This document shows positions 38,532-48,252 of a stretch of DNA of 64,000 nt, in pieces (the stretch's first letter is position 1; the number at the start of each line of letters is the position of its first letter). The stretch lies in the IMG/VR virus record IMGVR_UViG_3300006921_000001, one strand, 5' to 3'. Origin of the DNA: an uncultured virus (IMG/VR IMGVR_UViG_3300006921_000001). Lineage: Duplodnaviria > Heunggongvirae > Uroviricota > Caudoviricetes. Both the position numbers and the translations under genes were made by a program. Under the pieces are notes generated by a model. That model saw only the letters and a program-made list of their open reading frames with translations, did no database searches and was not told the origin of the DNA.

Positions 38532-38741
38532 ATGTCGCTAGAAGATGCTCTAAACGGCGATTTAGATGAAAAGATTAATTGGTTAATTTCTAATCAAGTA
38601 AGTACAACTAAAGACATTGAAGCAATTAAAAACAACCACCTTTCCCATATTGAAACTGATATGGCTGCGCTAAAACAACGTATATGGTGGATGACGGCAT
38701 TTATTATTTCAGTAGTTACAGGGCAGAATGTGATGTTATGA
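38532..38741 (+). CDS. small membrane-anchored coiled-coil protein (possible lysis-related)
   Basis: NNHLSHIE motif, C-terminal hydrophobic IWWMTAFIISVVTG. Confidence 0.6.
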   Translation: MSLEDALNGDLDEKINWLISNQVSTTKDIEAIKNNHLSHIETDMAALKQRIWWMTAFIISVVTGQNVML

Positions 38742-39412
38742 GTTGGGAAAATACAATTAAGGCTCCACCACCTAGACCATCAGATAAAGATATACCAAAA
38801 AAAAGTAGGTATTTCGGTCCTAGATGGCTCAAGACGAAAACCGAGAGTGTTCGTGAAGCCGGATTCCACGCGGCAATTGATATATCCCCTATACATTCTA
38901 ATTTTGACGCGTTTATAGTAAACGTTACCGATTTTTATATTTTTGAGGATTTAAGTGCTCTTAACATAGAAGATATTAAAAGGCGATTAGAAGCAGATGT
39001 TGGAGAAGGTAAACTTACCATTGAGGGCGATGAGTTATTGACCGAATCGGGCTATTTAGCATCAGAAGTGTATGAAGTTTATGACCAAATGTTAGACGAC
39101 ATATATGATGATTTTGAAGTTTGGGACGCATATGGTGGGTGGAAAATGTTTAACAAGAAATATCACACACCACATCCTGACTCTAATCGTAACCTCCATA
39201 AAATGAGACCTCGTTTTGGTGGTGATTTATATATAATAGCACAAGAAGTTGAGGATTGGAAGCAAGATGCTCAAGAGTTAATGAATAGTAAATATCCCGC
39301 TATGAACGTTAGAATTAGAACTACAGTAACTAATTTACTTAACGGTTTACAACAATTAAAACCAAAAACTATACAAGTTCTTAACCCGTCGAATATGTGG
39401 TATTGGAAATGA
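38738..39412 (+). CDS. hypothetical protein with N-terminal WxxTIK tag
   Basis: ATGA overlap at 38738 gives MSWENTIKA. Confidence 0.7.
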   Translation: MSWENTIKAPPPRPSDKDIPKKSRYFGPRWLKTKTESVREAGFHAAIDISPIHSNFDAFIVNVTDFYIFEDLSALNIEDIKRRLEADVGEGKLTIEGDELLTESGYLASEVYEVYDQMLDDIYDDFEVWDAYGGWKMFNKKYHTPHPDSNRNLHKMRPRFGGDLYIIAQEVEDWKQDAQELMNSKYPAMNVRIRTTVTNLLNGLQQLKPKTIQVLNPSNMWYWK

Positions 39413-39416
39413 TAAT

Positions 39417-39668
39417 TTGAATAACTCTCGTAAAATTCGAATTAGAAAATGGTTTAGAGATTTAAAAGATACACTATCTTGTGAAATATGTGGGGAAAAC
39501 CACCCTTCTTGTCTAGAATTTCACCATTTACGTAAAAAAGATAATATAATTTCTAAAATGGTTGTTTCAGGCTATGCAATTGACTCAATTCAAAAAGAAA
39601 TGGCTAAATGTCAGGTAGTTTGTGCTAATTGTCACCGAAAAATACATTATTTAGACGAAAAAAAATAA
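39417..39668 (+). CDS. HNH endonuclease
   Basis: CEICG..LEFHH..KCQVVCANCHRKIH. Confidence 0.85.
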   Translation: MNNSRKIRIRKWFRDLKDTLSCEICGENHPSCLEFHHLRKKDNIISKMVVSGYAIDSIQKEMAKCQVVCANCHRKIHYLDEKK

Positions 39669-39695
39669 TTTAGTTGTAAAAAAGTTACATGAAAC

Positions 39696-39744
39696 AAAAA
39701 AAATAAAAAAAAGTTGGACCCGACCCCGAATTGGGGCCGAGTCC
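39696..39744 (-). terminator. hairpin plus U-tract terminator at the convergence of the two arms
   Basis: Minus strand GGACTCGGCCCC-AATTC-GGGGTCGGGTCC (two G-U pairs) then AACTTTTTTTATTTTTTTT. Confidence 0.85.
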
Positions 39745-39751
39745 GTAATTT

Positions 39752-40360
39752 TTACCAGTCAATTTCGACTGACTCTACAGAATCTTCTTCTTCGTCATAA
39801 AACTTAATAATTCCGTTATCCTGACCATATTTCCATAGGTCATAAGTTAACTTTGTGTCGCTTAAACAGTATTTTAGAACTTCTTCAAATTCCCCTGCTC
39901 TCCACTTAACAACTGCATCTGTTCCTGCCATTAATTTACCAGTATCTAGTGTGCATCTAACGGTATTATCTAGGTGAATGCGTCTTCCGGTTGCTTTACT
40001 CAAAAGGGCAGATGTATCAATACACCTTTCTTCTTTTTCTTGTAAATACTTTCTTACAATATAAATATCCATTGAGTCCCTAAGAACTGGAAGGTCGAAC
40101 ACATTAATATTATGTCCTAGTAACTTCCCACCCTTTTGAAAATGGTCGTCTAAATCATACTTTAGTTGCTTTAGGGGTTTCCATTGAACACCTTCACTCT
40201 TACAGAAAGCGGAGTCACCCCCACTATCAGAATACAACATAGCATTATTTCCATCCCATGTTGCTACACACGCTACCTTAAATAAATGGGGGTTTCCCCA
40301 ACCACCAATTTCATGACTTAAATTCTTTGTTTCTATATCTATTGATAATACATTATTCAT
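39752..40360 (-). CDS. DEDD 3'-5' exonuclease (RNase H fold)
   Basis: SIDIETK, GHNINVFDL, YCLSD. Confidence 0.85.
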   Translation of the reverse strand: MNNVLSIDIETKNLSHEIGGWGNPHLFKVACVATWDGNNAMLYSDSGGDSAFCKSEGVQWKPLKQLKYDLDDHFQKGGKLLGHNINVFDLPVLRDSMDIYIVRKYLQEKEERCIDTSALLSKATGRRIHLDNTVRCTLDTGKLMAGTDAVVKWRAGEFEEVLKYCLSDTKLTYDLWKYGQDNGIIKFYDEEEDSVESVEIDW

Positions 40361-40361
40361 A

Positions 40362-41882
40362 TTACTCCCTCAATTTTACATACGATTTTTTATTTCTCTT
40401 TTCTTCAAAAAGGTGTGCTACTTCCGGCCATGTTCTATAAAACTTACTTGGTGCACAACTTTCATACTTTGCATACTTTGCCACCATTGTTGTTTTTGCG
40501 ACCCAACCGTCGTCCCCACCAACTCTTACCTTTTTACATTGTGCATAAACCGCCCTATAAACCTTTTCAGTTTGGTTACCAATACGTTTCTTAGGCTTTG
40601 ATTTAAGTTTATCCGAGAACCAATTAGTAATTGAGTCAAAACTTTCGTCTGTTAACTGCCTACCCATGTCAATGTGTCTAGGTAATATAATGTGACTTCT
40701 TTCAGATACAGCACAGAGCGCAGCGGATATAGCAATGTTGTTAATAATATTCATTAAGAAAGTATTTAATGCTTCAAACACTTGGTCTTCAATGCCTTCC
40801 ATATACTTCCGCATACCTTTGTGTACAATTTTTAACTTACTCTGAGCATCAGGACTCCATACTATAACTCTACGTTTATCACCATTAACTTCCGCAAGCC
40901 TATTCTGCGCCCAACGGAATGTTCCATATAACATTTCTGAGAACTCCTCAAAATATTGCTCATTATTATTTTCATCACCATCAACTATCATACCAATACT
41001 ATCAATATACTGTTCTTCCATTTGCTGTTTTAGTGATTCTGGAACTTCACGGACATACAACCACATACGTTGGAATACACCCTTCGTTAGAATTACTCTT
41101 TCAAGTCCTTCTGGTGGTAGAGTAGTGGCCCATAATGACCTTTGGGAATCTACTACTAAGTCCTTACCCCATTCAGTGAGTCGCTTTTTAATAAGGTGAG
41201 TATCTGAATCCAAACGATTCATAAACTTCTGAAATAACATTACAGTTTCGGACTTATGTTGAGTTTCTTTAAATATACCCGAATGTTCAAATTCATCGAA
41301 AGCGATAACACCACTTCCATATAAACTACCATAAATAGGAATGTCTGTAACTTCGGGAATATTATAATCTTCATCATCACGCGCTTGGACGCGGTCATAA
41401 TCTGGATTAGGTTGATTCACCTTCAGTGTTCCCAATAAACCTTGGTCTGTAAAACTATCAGGGTTTTGTAAGTTAAACTCTTTTACTCCACTTAACGGGA
41501 GTGTGGGTTCTTGTAGGGTAGCACCATGATTATTAACTAATTCAAAGGTGCGTTGCCATACAGGTGAGAGGAAATCAAACATTGTTGTTTTTCCTGACCT
41601 TGCTGACTGAACCCAACAATAGTGAATACGTGGGTCTAACGTGAGCATTCCCACAGGTATTCTAATAGTGTCTTTTAATATTTGCCCCAATGATACAAAG
41701 TATGCCATTGTTGCCGGATATTCATTATACAATGAAAACCTTGTTACAACCTCAGTCCATCTTTGTACGTCTTCTGGTAATACTGTATGTTCACTTCTCA
41801 TACTAGTATATATTTCATCCTTTTGGATGCGTTCTAATTTATCATATATTTCCCAAGCGTCTACCTCGTAATCTTGTGCCAT
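40362..41882 (-). CDS. AAA+ ATPase, probable divergent MCM-like replicative helicase
   Basis: Walker A QSARSGKTT, Walker B IAFDEFE, GVFQRM Arg finger; in replication cluster. Confidence 0.7.
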   Translation of the reverse strand: MAQDYEVDAWEIYDKLERIQKDEIYTSMRSEHTVLPEDVQRWTEVVTRFSLYNEYPATMAYFVSLGQILKDTIRIPVGMLTLDPRIHYCWVQSARSGKTTMFDFLSPVWQRTFELVNNHGATLQEPTLPLSGVKEFNLQNPDSFTDQGLLGTLKVNQPNPDYDRVQARDDEDYNIPEVTDIPIYGSLYGSGVIAFDEFEHSGIFKETQHKSETVMLFQKFMNRLDSDTHLIKKRLTEWGKDLVVDSQRSLWATTLPPEGLERVILTKGVFQRMWLYVREVPESLKQQMEEQYIDSIGMIVDGDENNNEQYFEEFSEMLYGTFRWAQNRLAEVNGDKRRVIVWSPDAQSKLKIVHKGMRKYMEGIEDQVFEALNTFLMNIINNIAISAALCAVSERSHIILPRHIDMGRQLTDESFDSITNWFSDKLKSKPKKRIGNQTEKVYRAVYAQCKKVRVGGDDGWVAKTTMVAKYAKYESCAPSKFYRTWPEVAHLFEEKRNKKSYVKLRE

Positions 41883-42577
41883 TAATCCTTTACCTCCTTC
41901 TCTTCATTTAATGTTTTTAATATTCTATTTGCTAGCACCATACCAAAACCGTCAAGTCCAGTTATTTCTTTAACTGAAGCAGAAGACAGTTCTGCTATAC
42001 TACCCCATTTGTTTAATAGTATTTTTGCTTTACTTTGTGATATTCCTTTTATTTGTGTTAACATGTCTACTCTTAAATCATCTGTTCTTTGTCTTTTTGG
42101 TAATTCTTTCTTTAATTCAAATTTTCCATCTAGGTGAGAATGCATTGATAATATACAGTGTGCCGCAATTGTTACATTGGGAACCCATAATACCTTAGCA
42201 TTTGTTTTAATTTGCAGAGCACCTATGGCTCCAACAAACATTCTCTTTAATCTATTTTTCCACACCATAGAGTTATACTGTTTATTGTCTTTTCTATCTA
42301 AGTATTTTAACGCCTCTTCAAACGTACCATATATCAATACTACAGATACATCATAGTTATCTAACATATTAGATGTTTGATTAAACACCCGCTTGTTTCT
42401 AATTGATGCTAAAAAATCACCTGATGATTTAGCCTCAATTGCTACTTTAGTGTCTGCCATCATAATATAATCTCCAACTTCTAACCATTGTTTTTGATAT
42501 TCGATTTTTTGTTCTTCACATAACTTCTCTACTGCACCGCTTAATATTGAATCTTCTCTACTATCTATTACTATCAT
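41882..42577 (-). CDS. ERCC4/XPF (Hef-type) nuclease with HhH domain
   Basis: IVIDSRE, VGDY, IEAKS..DF, IKGISQSKA / LDGFG HhH; ATG 42577. Confidence 0.9.
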   Translation of the reverse strand: MIVIDSREDSILSGAVEKLCEEQKIEYQKQWLEVGDYIMMADTKVAIEAKSSGDFLASIRNKRVFNQTSNMLDNYDVSVVLIYGTFEEALKYLDRKDNKQYNSMVWKNRLKRMFVGAIGALQIKTNAKVLWVPNVTIAAHCILSMHSHLDGKFELKKELPKRQRTDDLRVDMLTQIKGISQSKAKILLNKWGSIAELSSASVKEITGLDGFGMVLANRILKTLNEEKEVKD

Positions 42578-43599
42578 TGTCCATACCTCCAACATTTACC
42601 AACGCATAAACCTTCATTAATTAATGTATTACATGAAGGAGCCATATAACGCTTATCTACAATAAACGAAACATGTTTATGTGTTTCTTGTTCGTTATAA
42701 TCAATCCAAACATTTTCATTATCAGCAATTGTTGATACTTCTTTGCATATACTTGTCTTTATTGTTCTTAGTGCCGGCCCTCCAACTTTTCTAGGACTGG
42801 CAAAACTACCTGTTTCTAATACTGCCATCTCTGATAATATCTCATTATACCATTGTACAAGTAAAACTCTGGCTCTATGATTTGGATTCTCTACCATTAC
42901 TGCGTTTTTAAGACAGGGTAGAATAGGTAGTTCACCCGGAGATTCCACGCTATCTATTTCAATAGGTATAGCATGGAACTCCTTAACTTCAGGCCATTGA
43001 ACTAATTTATCCCCATAGTATTCAGGTTGTTGAAGACATGGCCCACTTGATGCTTGTAATATCCAGTCAATACCTTGTGTAATATCATTGGTATTAATTG
43101 GTATGCAATACCTTGCACCGACCATATTCCATGTGTTTAACACACGGCGTAGCCTAGCGGTATTAATTACCGAAGCATCAAGAGTAGTGGATTGGGCCAC
43201 ATCAACGCATATATCAAAGAACGCTCTTATCTGTCTGATATTATCTGCTACCTCTCCATATACGAAGATGTAGAACCCGCGCCCACTAAAGGCCATAGAA
43301 TGTTTTAGGTCTTCTGATACTAACCAATGATGAACTTTTACAAGAGCATCATAGGCTTCATCTAAGTTACCATCATGAGCATCGAAGTCAAGAAAGATGC
43401 GGTCAAGAATAATTGAATGTTCAAGCCCCCTATTGTGTGTAAAGTCGTTGTAATCATATACAGAAGTATAGACACTCATCTTACCATTATAGGCTTTAAC
43501 AAACTGCTCATATTCTTCTTTATTCTCAACTACTTTTCTTGATGGGTTTATTGCGCCTTTAATATGACTACCTGCCCACATCTCTCTTGGAAACTTCAA
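42574..43599 (-). CDS. archaeo-eukaryotic primase, catalytic domain fused to PriL-like Fe-S domain
   Basis: FLDFDAH, FSGRGFY, RLRRVLNT; C-terminal PCL..NH..R, PSC..C..C. Confidence 0.85.
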   Translation of the reverse strand: MKFPREMWAGSHIKGAINPSRKVVENKEEYEQFVKAYNGKMSVYTSVYDYNDFTHNRGLEHSIILDRIFLDFDAHDGNLDEAYDALVKVHHWLVSEDLKHSMAFSGRGFYIFVYGEVADNIRQIRAFFDICVDVAQSTTLDASVINTARLRRVLNTWNMVGARYCIPINTNDITQGIDWILQASSGPCLQQPEYYGDKLVQWPEVKEFHAIPIEIDSVESPGELPILPCLKNAVMVENPNHRARVLLVQWYNEILSEMAVLETGSFASPRKVGGPALRTIKTSICKEVSTIADNENVWIDYNEQETHKHVSFIVDKRYMAPSCNTLINEGLCVGKCWRYGQ

Positions 43600-44069
43600 T
43601 CAATCATCCCCTGTTTTTTCATATCATCTTCTGTTAATAACTTTGCATCCTTTCGGATTCTTTCCTTTAGTGACTGTATTGCAGGTATTTCTTCCACAAT
43701 TTCTTCCACTACTTCTTCTACTACATCTTCTACAGATGTTTTAGTTTCAGGAGCATGACGCATAATCCCACCAATATCCACTTCGGCTTCGTCTAATACT
43801 TGACTAACCATACTTCTAATATAAATAGAAGCACTCTCAATAAATTTCTCCTTAATGAATACTTGCATTTCAGCATCAAAGAAACGATACACACTTAACA
43901 AATCTGCGTTATTAAAACATTCTACTGCCAAGTGTTCAGATATACGTTCTATATCTAATACATCTCTTACTGACCATTTCTTTTCTGCAATTAATTTCAT
44001 CAAATGTTGTTCTATATCTTCCCCTTTGTAACTTTCAGGTTCACCAGAAGTCATAACCACTACCTCCAC
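43596..44069 (-). CDS. hypothetical protein
   Basis: ORF tiling replication operon; start uncertain. Confidence 0.6.
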   Translation of the reverse strand: MEVVVMTSGEPESYKGEDIEQHLMKLIAEKKWSVRDVLDIERISEHLAVECFNNADLLSVYRFFDAEMQVFIKEKFIESASIYIRSMVSQVLDEAEVDIGGIMRHAPETKTSVEDVVEEVVEEIVEEIPAIQSLKERIRKDAKLLTEDDMKKQGMID

Positions 44070-44904
44070 CTACTGCTTCACAATGGTCGTAATGCCCACA
44101 GTGAACACACTTTTTAATAAAGAAATCAGCAGGAAACTCATTAGCCTTGTAATGTGCAATCAATTTATCAATTGACCTTAGTACTGCCGTTGTAGTTCTC
44201 TTAGATACCTTTTCCCCATAAACATAATTTGAGGCTGGATAGAACCAACCCCAATGTGTTATATCAATATCTGGGTTTAATCCTACCTTTCTCTTTTGTT
44301 CATCGTCTGCGCATTCGTATAATAGTTTATAGAACGCCATTTCCTTTCGCATCATAGTTTTCTTTGAATCCTTCCATGCACCTGTCTTTAGTTCAAAGGG
44401 TAAATATCCCCCATCTTCTAAAAACATTCTATCAATAATACCTTGAAGGTGAACAGTTACTCCGTCATCAGTAGTAAATCTACCATCTAACATGAGTTCA
44501 TTACCAACAGGTATGTAGTTATTTAGAGCCTTTTCTTCGATAGATTCCATTAATCTTTCTACATCATATGCCGCCATAGCCGTATATATCTGCTCGTATG
44601 AATCATCCTTCGCTTCTCCGTATAGGTCACGGAAATAATTAACTGCGTCCATCGGATTCTCAACTAATTTCTGCGCCTTCTTAATGTCTAAGTCATCCCA
44701 AAACTTCTCTCTAGCATCATGAATAATTGTTCCTTTAAGCATAGCATCTGATGTGGCTTGCTTAATATCATCAATATATCCATATTTGTAGTTCAATCTA
44801 CAAAAACCAAAAGAACCGAGTGATGACTTAGTTATCTTAAGTATGGGTCCGTCCTCATCGTTCGGATTCCATCTATATGTATATATTCCATTTTCTGTTC
44901 TCAT
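44041..44904 (-). CDS. Cas4/RecB-like PD-(D/E)XK exonuclease
   Basis: N-terminal Cys (FCRL), GTIIH, GIIDR, ELKTG, C-terminal CVHC..C Fe-S staple. Confidence 0.88.
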   Translation of the reverse strand: MRTENGIYTYRWNPNDEDGPILKITKSSLGSFGFCRLNYKYGYIDDIKQATSDAMLKGTIIHDAREKFWDDLDIKKAQKLVENPMDAVNYFRDLYGEAKDDSYEQIYTAMAAYDVERLMESIEEKALNNYIPVGNELMLDGRFTTDDGVTVHLQGIIDRMFLEDGGYLPFELKTGAWKDSKKTMMRKEMAFYKLLYECADDEQKRKVGLNPDIDITHWGWFYPASNYVYGEKVSKRTTTAVLRSIDKLIAHYKANEFPADFFIKKCVHCGHYDHCEAVGGGSGYDFW

Positions 44905-44939
44905 TCTATATTCCTTCTTATAATTTGGTTGTGGGAGCC

Positions 44940-45440
44940 TCAGAATCTTACTTCCGTTGCTTCCTTTGCTCTCTTTATCGAGTTCTCTTTTTTTAGCACG
45001 TCGATTAACGCGCTAGCCTCTCTACGAGTTATTCCTGCGGGAACCTCCCCACCTAACTTTTTAATATAGTTAACCTGCTTTTCAGTTGGTTCTAGACCTG
45101 CATTATCTTCTGCTACTTCTTTTGCATCTAATTTCTTTCTAATCATAGAGGCAGTAGTCAAATCATGACATGTTTTACACAATTCTATTACATTACCTCT
45201 AAGCCTAATATAGTGATGCAGTCCTTCTTCTTTACATCTATGTTGTGAAATAATGTGATGCCACTCAGTATAGCCTTCGGCTCCACATATTTGACATTCA
45301 CCTGTTTTATCCCACAGTTCTCCTTCTTGTTCAAGAAGGTTATCTAATGTTTCTTGTCTAGCATCAACTGTCTGTCGTGCTTTTTCTAAGGCTTCTACGG
45401 CCTTCATAATACTCTTTCTATATGTTTTTGTTTTTCCCAT
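44940..45440 (-). CDS. HNH endonuclease-domain protein with small C-terminal helical domain
   Basis: CQICG..EWHHII..NVIELCKTCH; PTEKQVNYIKKLG..TRREASALID. Confidence 0.8.
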   Translation of the reverse strand: MGKTKTYRKSIMKAVEALEKARQTVDARQETLDNLLEQEGELWDKTGECQICGAEGYTEWHHIISQHRCKEEGLHHYIRLRGNVIELCKTCHDLTTASMIRKKLDAKEVAEDNAGLEPTEKQVNYIKKLGGEVPAGITRREASALIDVLKKENSIKRAKEATEVRF

Positions 45441-45441
45441 A

Positions 45442-47904
45442 TTACCACCATTCAGCAATAGTTGTTTGTGTTCCCTGTTCAGAAATATTCAACAGGTCCC
45501 ATCCTAAACTGTCATAAATTAATGTTACTTTCTTAACCACCTCAGATTCGGCTAAGGATAGCCAATCCGGAGGATAGTCACTAATGACTTCATCAATACG
45601 TTTACACGCGATGTAGTCCACTTGTCTTATTCGTTCTCCGACCATAAAGGTTCTAGCCTTTTTAACGCTTCGGTTATCACAGCGGTAAAAGTAATAACTA
45701 TCACCAACTGAAATAGTTCCGGTTCCGCTATTATATACTGCGACTCCGGCTACACCACCTGCTAATACTTTGTAGTCAGTTAGTTCTTGTCGTAACCTTG
45801 ACCTCTTAGCAATAGTGGACATATTTACTTCACCCGACTTTAATAGGTTATACCTTTCTTTATTAAATTTAGTAACTTCATTCTCTAACTTACCTGATGC
45901 TACCATTTTTAATGTTGTTAATTGAACATTCTTAGCGAATGATGTTTCATTACTTTTCTTTGCTTCGAATCCCATCATAAAGAAATTCTCCTCATCTAAA
46001 TATTCCCCATCCTTCCATGATAAATATCCGCAGTATCTATTCTTTTTCTTAGACAAGAAAAACGATTTAGCAAATTTCTCGAACTCTAGAGTTACGAAAT
46101 CATTGAACACTGTTGTTTTCAAATGTGCATTTAGTTTACCACACAATTCTTGTGATTCTTCTGGATTCTTTACAAGCACAAATATTGAATCTGTATGTCC
46201 ATAAATAACTTCGTAACCTAATCGTTGTGCTTCAAATGCAGCACTACGCATAGCATATCTAGCAGAAGCAGTAATAGCGGCGGCCATTTCCATATCGCCC
46301 CAACCATACCCATCTTTAGCCAATACACCATATAGAGCATTAACAACACGCTTAGTAGCCAATTGTGCTGAATCCCACATACGGCGGTCCTCATCGGACT
46401 TAGCGGCCTTTAGTTCTCTTTTGTATTCGTCTCGCATTTTCATTAGACCAATAACACATTCAGGTAAAAGTCCGAGTGGTTCTTTCTTGAACCCAACATT
46501 ACATTGAGCCTCTTCTCTATTAAACTCACCAAGATTTTTAGGTGTACCAAAGTAAATATTATGGCAATCGTCGCCTCCCTTAATTTGTTTGGTTTCCCAA
46601 GAAATATTGTTCGCGGCCATCATACTTGGATAAAGCGATTTAAAATCAAATACTGCTACATCACTATGTAACCCATACGTGTTTTCAAAGTCAGGGTCCA
46701 TAACGAAAGCCGCTTCATACTTCTCTTTGTTACCTTTAACACCAGTCGGTGCTTTCCATGAAGCGTGTTTCATGAAATATGCAGCACCCATTTGACTATT
46801 GTAAAATACACATTCAAAGGGGCAGATTAGTAATCTTTGTAGGGCCAAATCATTTTCACTGATACGCATCTTTTCATCCATCTCAACCATTAGTTTAACG
46901 TCAACATAGTTATATTCAAGAAACACTTCTGTATCTTCAAGCCATGCTCTTCGGAAAAACTCATCCCCTTCAAACTTTGACTTCTTGACTTTACCTCCGG
47001 CCTCTTCACCTAGTAGTGCTTTAGAACAATACTCAAGCGAAAGTGACGGAAGAGTTCCTCGTTGTGAATCAAGCCACAATCTTTCAAACCTAGTCATTAA
47101 ACAATATGAAATGCGACCCTTAATAGGTTGTGCCGTATTAGTATACTGAGTTCTAGGTGCTTTACTGAGGTCAGTATATACACCTGTGACTTCGTTATAA
47201 GGACTTAACTTCCTAGCATTAATATTATTACTACACATGTTTTGAATAATGACCGGAATATCGAATCCCAATACATACCACCCAATAATCATATCTGGGT
47301 CTTGTTGAATACACTGTCTAAGGAATGCTCTCAACATAAGTTTTTCACTTTCAAAGATATGTAATTCAATATTTTCGTCTACCCACTCATTCTTTAAACT
47401 ATCTTGATGTTCTTTATCGGGAAACCATGTGTATACTGTATATAATTTGGTATAACTATCGTATACAGTAATAGCATTAATTTGTTTATAATCCCGACCG
47501 CTGGTTGTTTCAATATCAAGATACCACTTACGTAGGTTATACGTGTGTATTTTGTTCATCTCATCAACACAATACTTACGCGCTAAAGAAATGTCAGCCT
47601 CATACGTTCGTATAGCCTCCTTATGCATTTGGTCCTTAAGCCAATACATTTCATTTCTAGAACCAACCGTTATTTTAACTAGAGGGTCACCGTTAAGGTT
47701 CTTTTCTTCAGTTTGTTCATATATTGGGCGTAATGTTCTTGGTTGCCCCCAATGTTTGTAAGTATAATGTGTTCGTAACTTATTATAATTTTTTGATTCT
47801 ACATAAAAATAGTGTCTAAAATTGTCAATCGTCTCGGTTAAACGTTGGTTGTTGTCGTCTCTCCATCGAAGATTAACTTTATCTCTTACCTCTGTAATTA
47901 TCAT
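45442..47904 (-). CDS. polB: family B DNA polymerase
   Basis: Exo LDIET, FDIP, YNYVD; pol DFKSLYPS, KRVVNALYG, YGHTDS, KNRY; C-terminal PIP box QTTIAEWW. Confidence 0.97.
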   Translation of the reverse strand: MIITEVRDKVNLRWRDDNNQRLTETIDNFRHYFYVESKNYNKLRTHYTYKHWGQPRTLRPIYEQTEEKNLNGDPLVKITVGSRNEMYWLKDQMHKEAIRTYEADISLARKYCVDEMNKIHTYNLRKWYLDIETTSGRDYKQINAITVYDSYTKLYTVYTWFPDKEHQDSLKNEWVDENIELHIFESEKLMLRAFLRQCIQQDPDMIIGWYVLGFDIPVIIQNMCSNNINARKLSPYNEVTGVYTDLSKAPRTQYTNTAQPIKGRISYCLMTRFERLWLDSQRGTLPSLSLEYCSKALLGEEAGGKVKKSKFEGDEFFRRAWLEDTEVFLEYNYVDVKLMVEMDEKMRISENDLALQRLLICPFECVFYNSQMGAAYFMKHASWKAPTGVKGNKEKYEAAFVMDPDFENTYGLHSDVAVFDFKSLYPSMMAANNISWETKQIKGGDDCHNIYFGTPKNLGEFNREEAQCNVGFKKEPLGLLPECVIGLMKMRDEYKRELKAAKSDEDRRMWDSAQLATKRVVNALYGVLAKDGYGWGDMEMAAAITASARYAMRSAAFEAQRLGYEVIYGHTDSIFVLVKNPEESQELCGKLNAHLKTTVFNDFVTLEFEKFAKSFFLSKKKNRYCGYLSWKDGEYLDEENFFMMGFEAKKSNETSFAKNVQLTTLKMVASGKLENEVTKFNKERYNLLKSGEVNMSTIAKRSRLRQELTDYKVLAGGVAGVAVYNSGTGTISVGDSYYFYRCDNRSVKKARTFMVGERIRQVDYIACKRIDEVISDYPPDWLSLAESEVVKKVTLIYDSLGWDLLNISEQGTQTTIAEWW

Positions 47905-48145
47905 ATATCTCTCCTTCCTTTCCTGAGTTATGTATCTTCATTAACGGCGAAGATATACCGTTACCCCAACTATCGTATGTTTCTAATATTCTAATAGTCG
48001 GGTAAACTTTGTCCTTTGCTGCTTTATCTCTAAGAACTATATGGTGAACTTTACCCTTTGAAATATATGCGCCCATGTAAAGACATTCATAATCTTCATC
48101 ATAATATCTATACATTATAGGGGCATTATAATCAATGTGGCTCAT
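47879..48145 (-). CDS. hypothetical protein
   Basis: ATGA-coupled ORF. Confidence 0.55.
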   Translation of the reverse strand: MSHIDYNAPIMYRYYDEDYECLYMGAYISKGKVHHIVLRDKAAKDKVYPTIRILETYDSWGNGISSPLMKIHNSGKEGEIYDNYRGKR

Positions 48146-48252
48146 TCCTCTTCACCTTCAAAGCATTCATTACAAAAGTCACCATCAATTAATTCATCCC
48201 AATCTAAAGGTTTACCACAAATAGTACATTCATAGGTTTTGACTTTTACCAT
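48142..48252 (-). CDS. Cys4 Zn-finger microprotein (36 aa), absent from ORF track
   Basis: MVKVKTYECTICGKPLDWDELIDGDFCNECFEGEEE; fills gap exactly. Confidence 0.75.
   Translation of the reverse strand: MVKVKTYECTICGKPLDWDELIDGDFCNECFEGEEE

Noticed and set aside
44041..44904. CRISPR-Cas locus around the Cas4-like gene
   Set aside because: No repeat-spacer array or other cas genes seen; solo Cas4-like nucleases are common in viral replication modules
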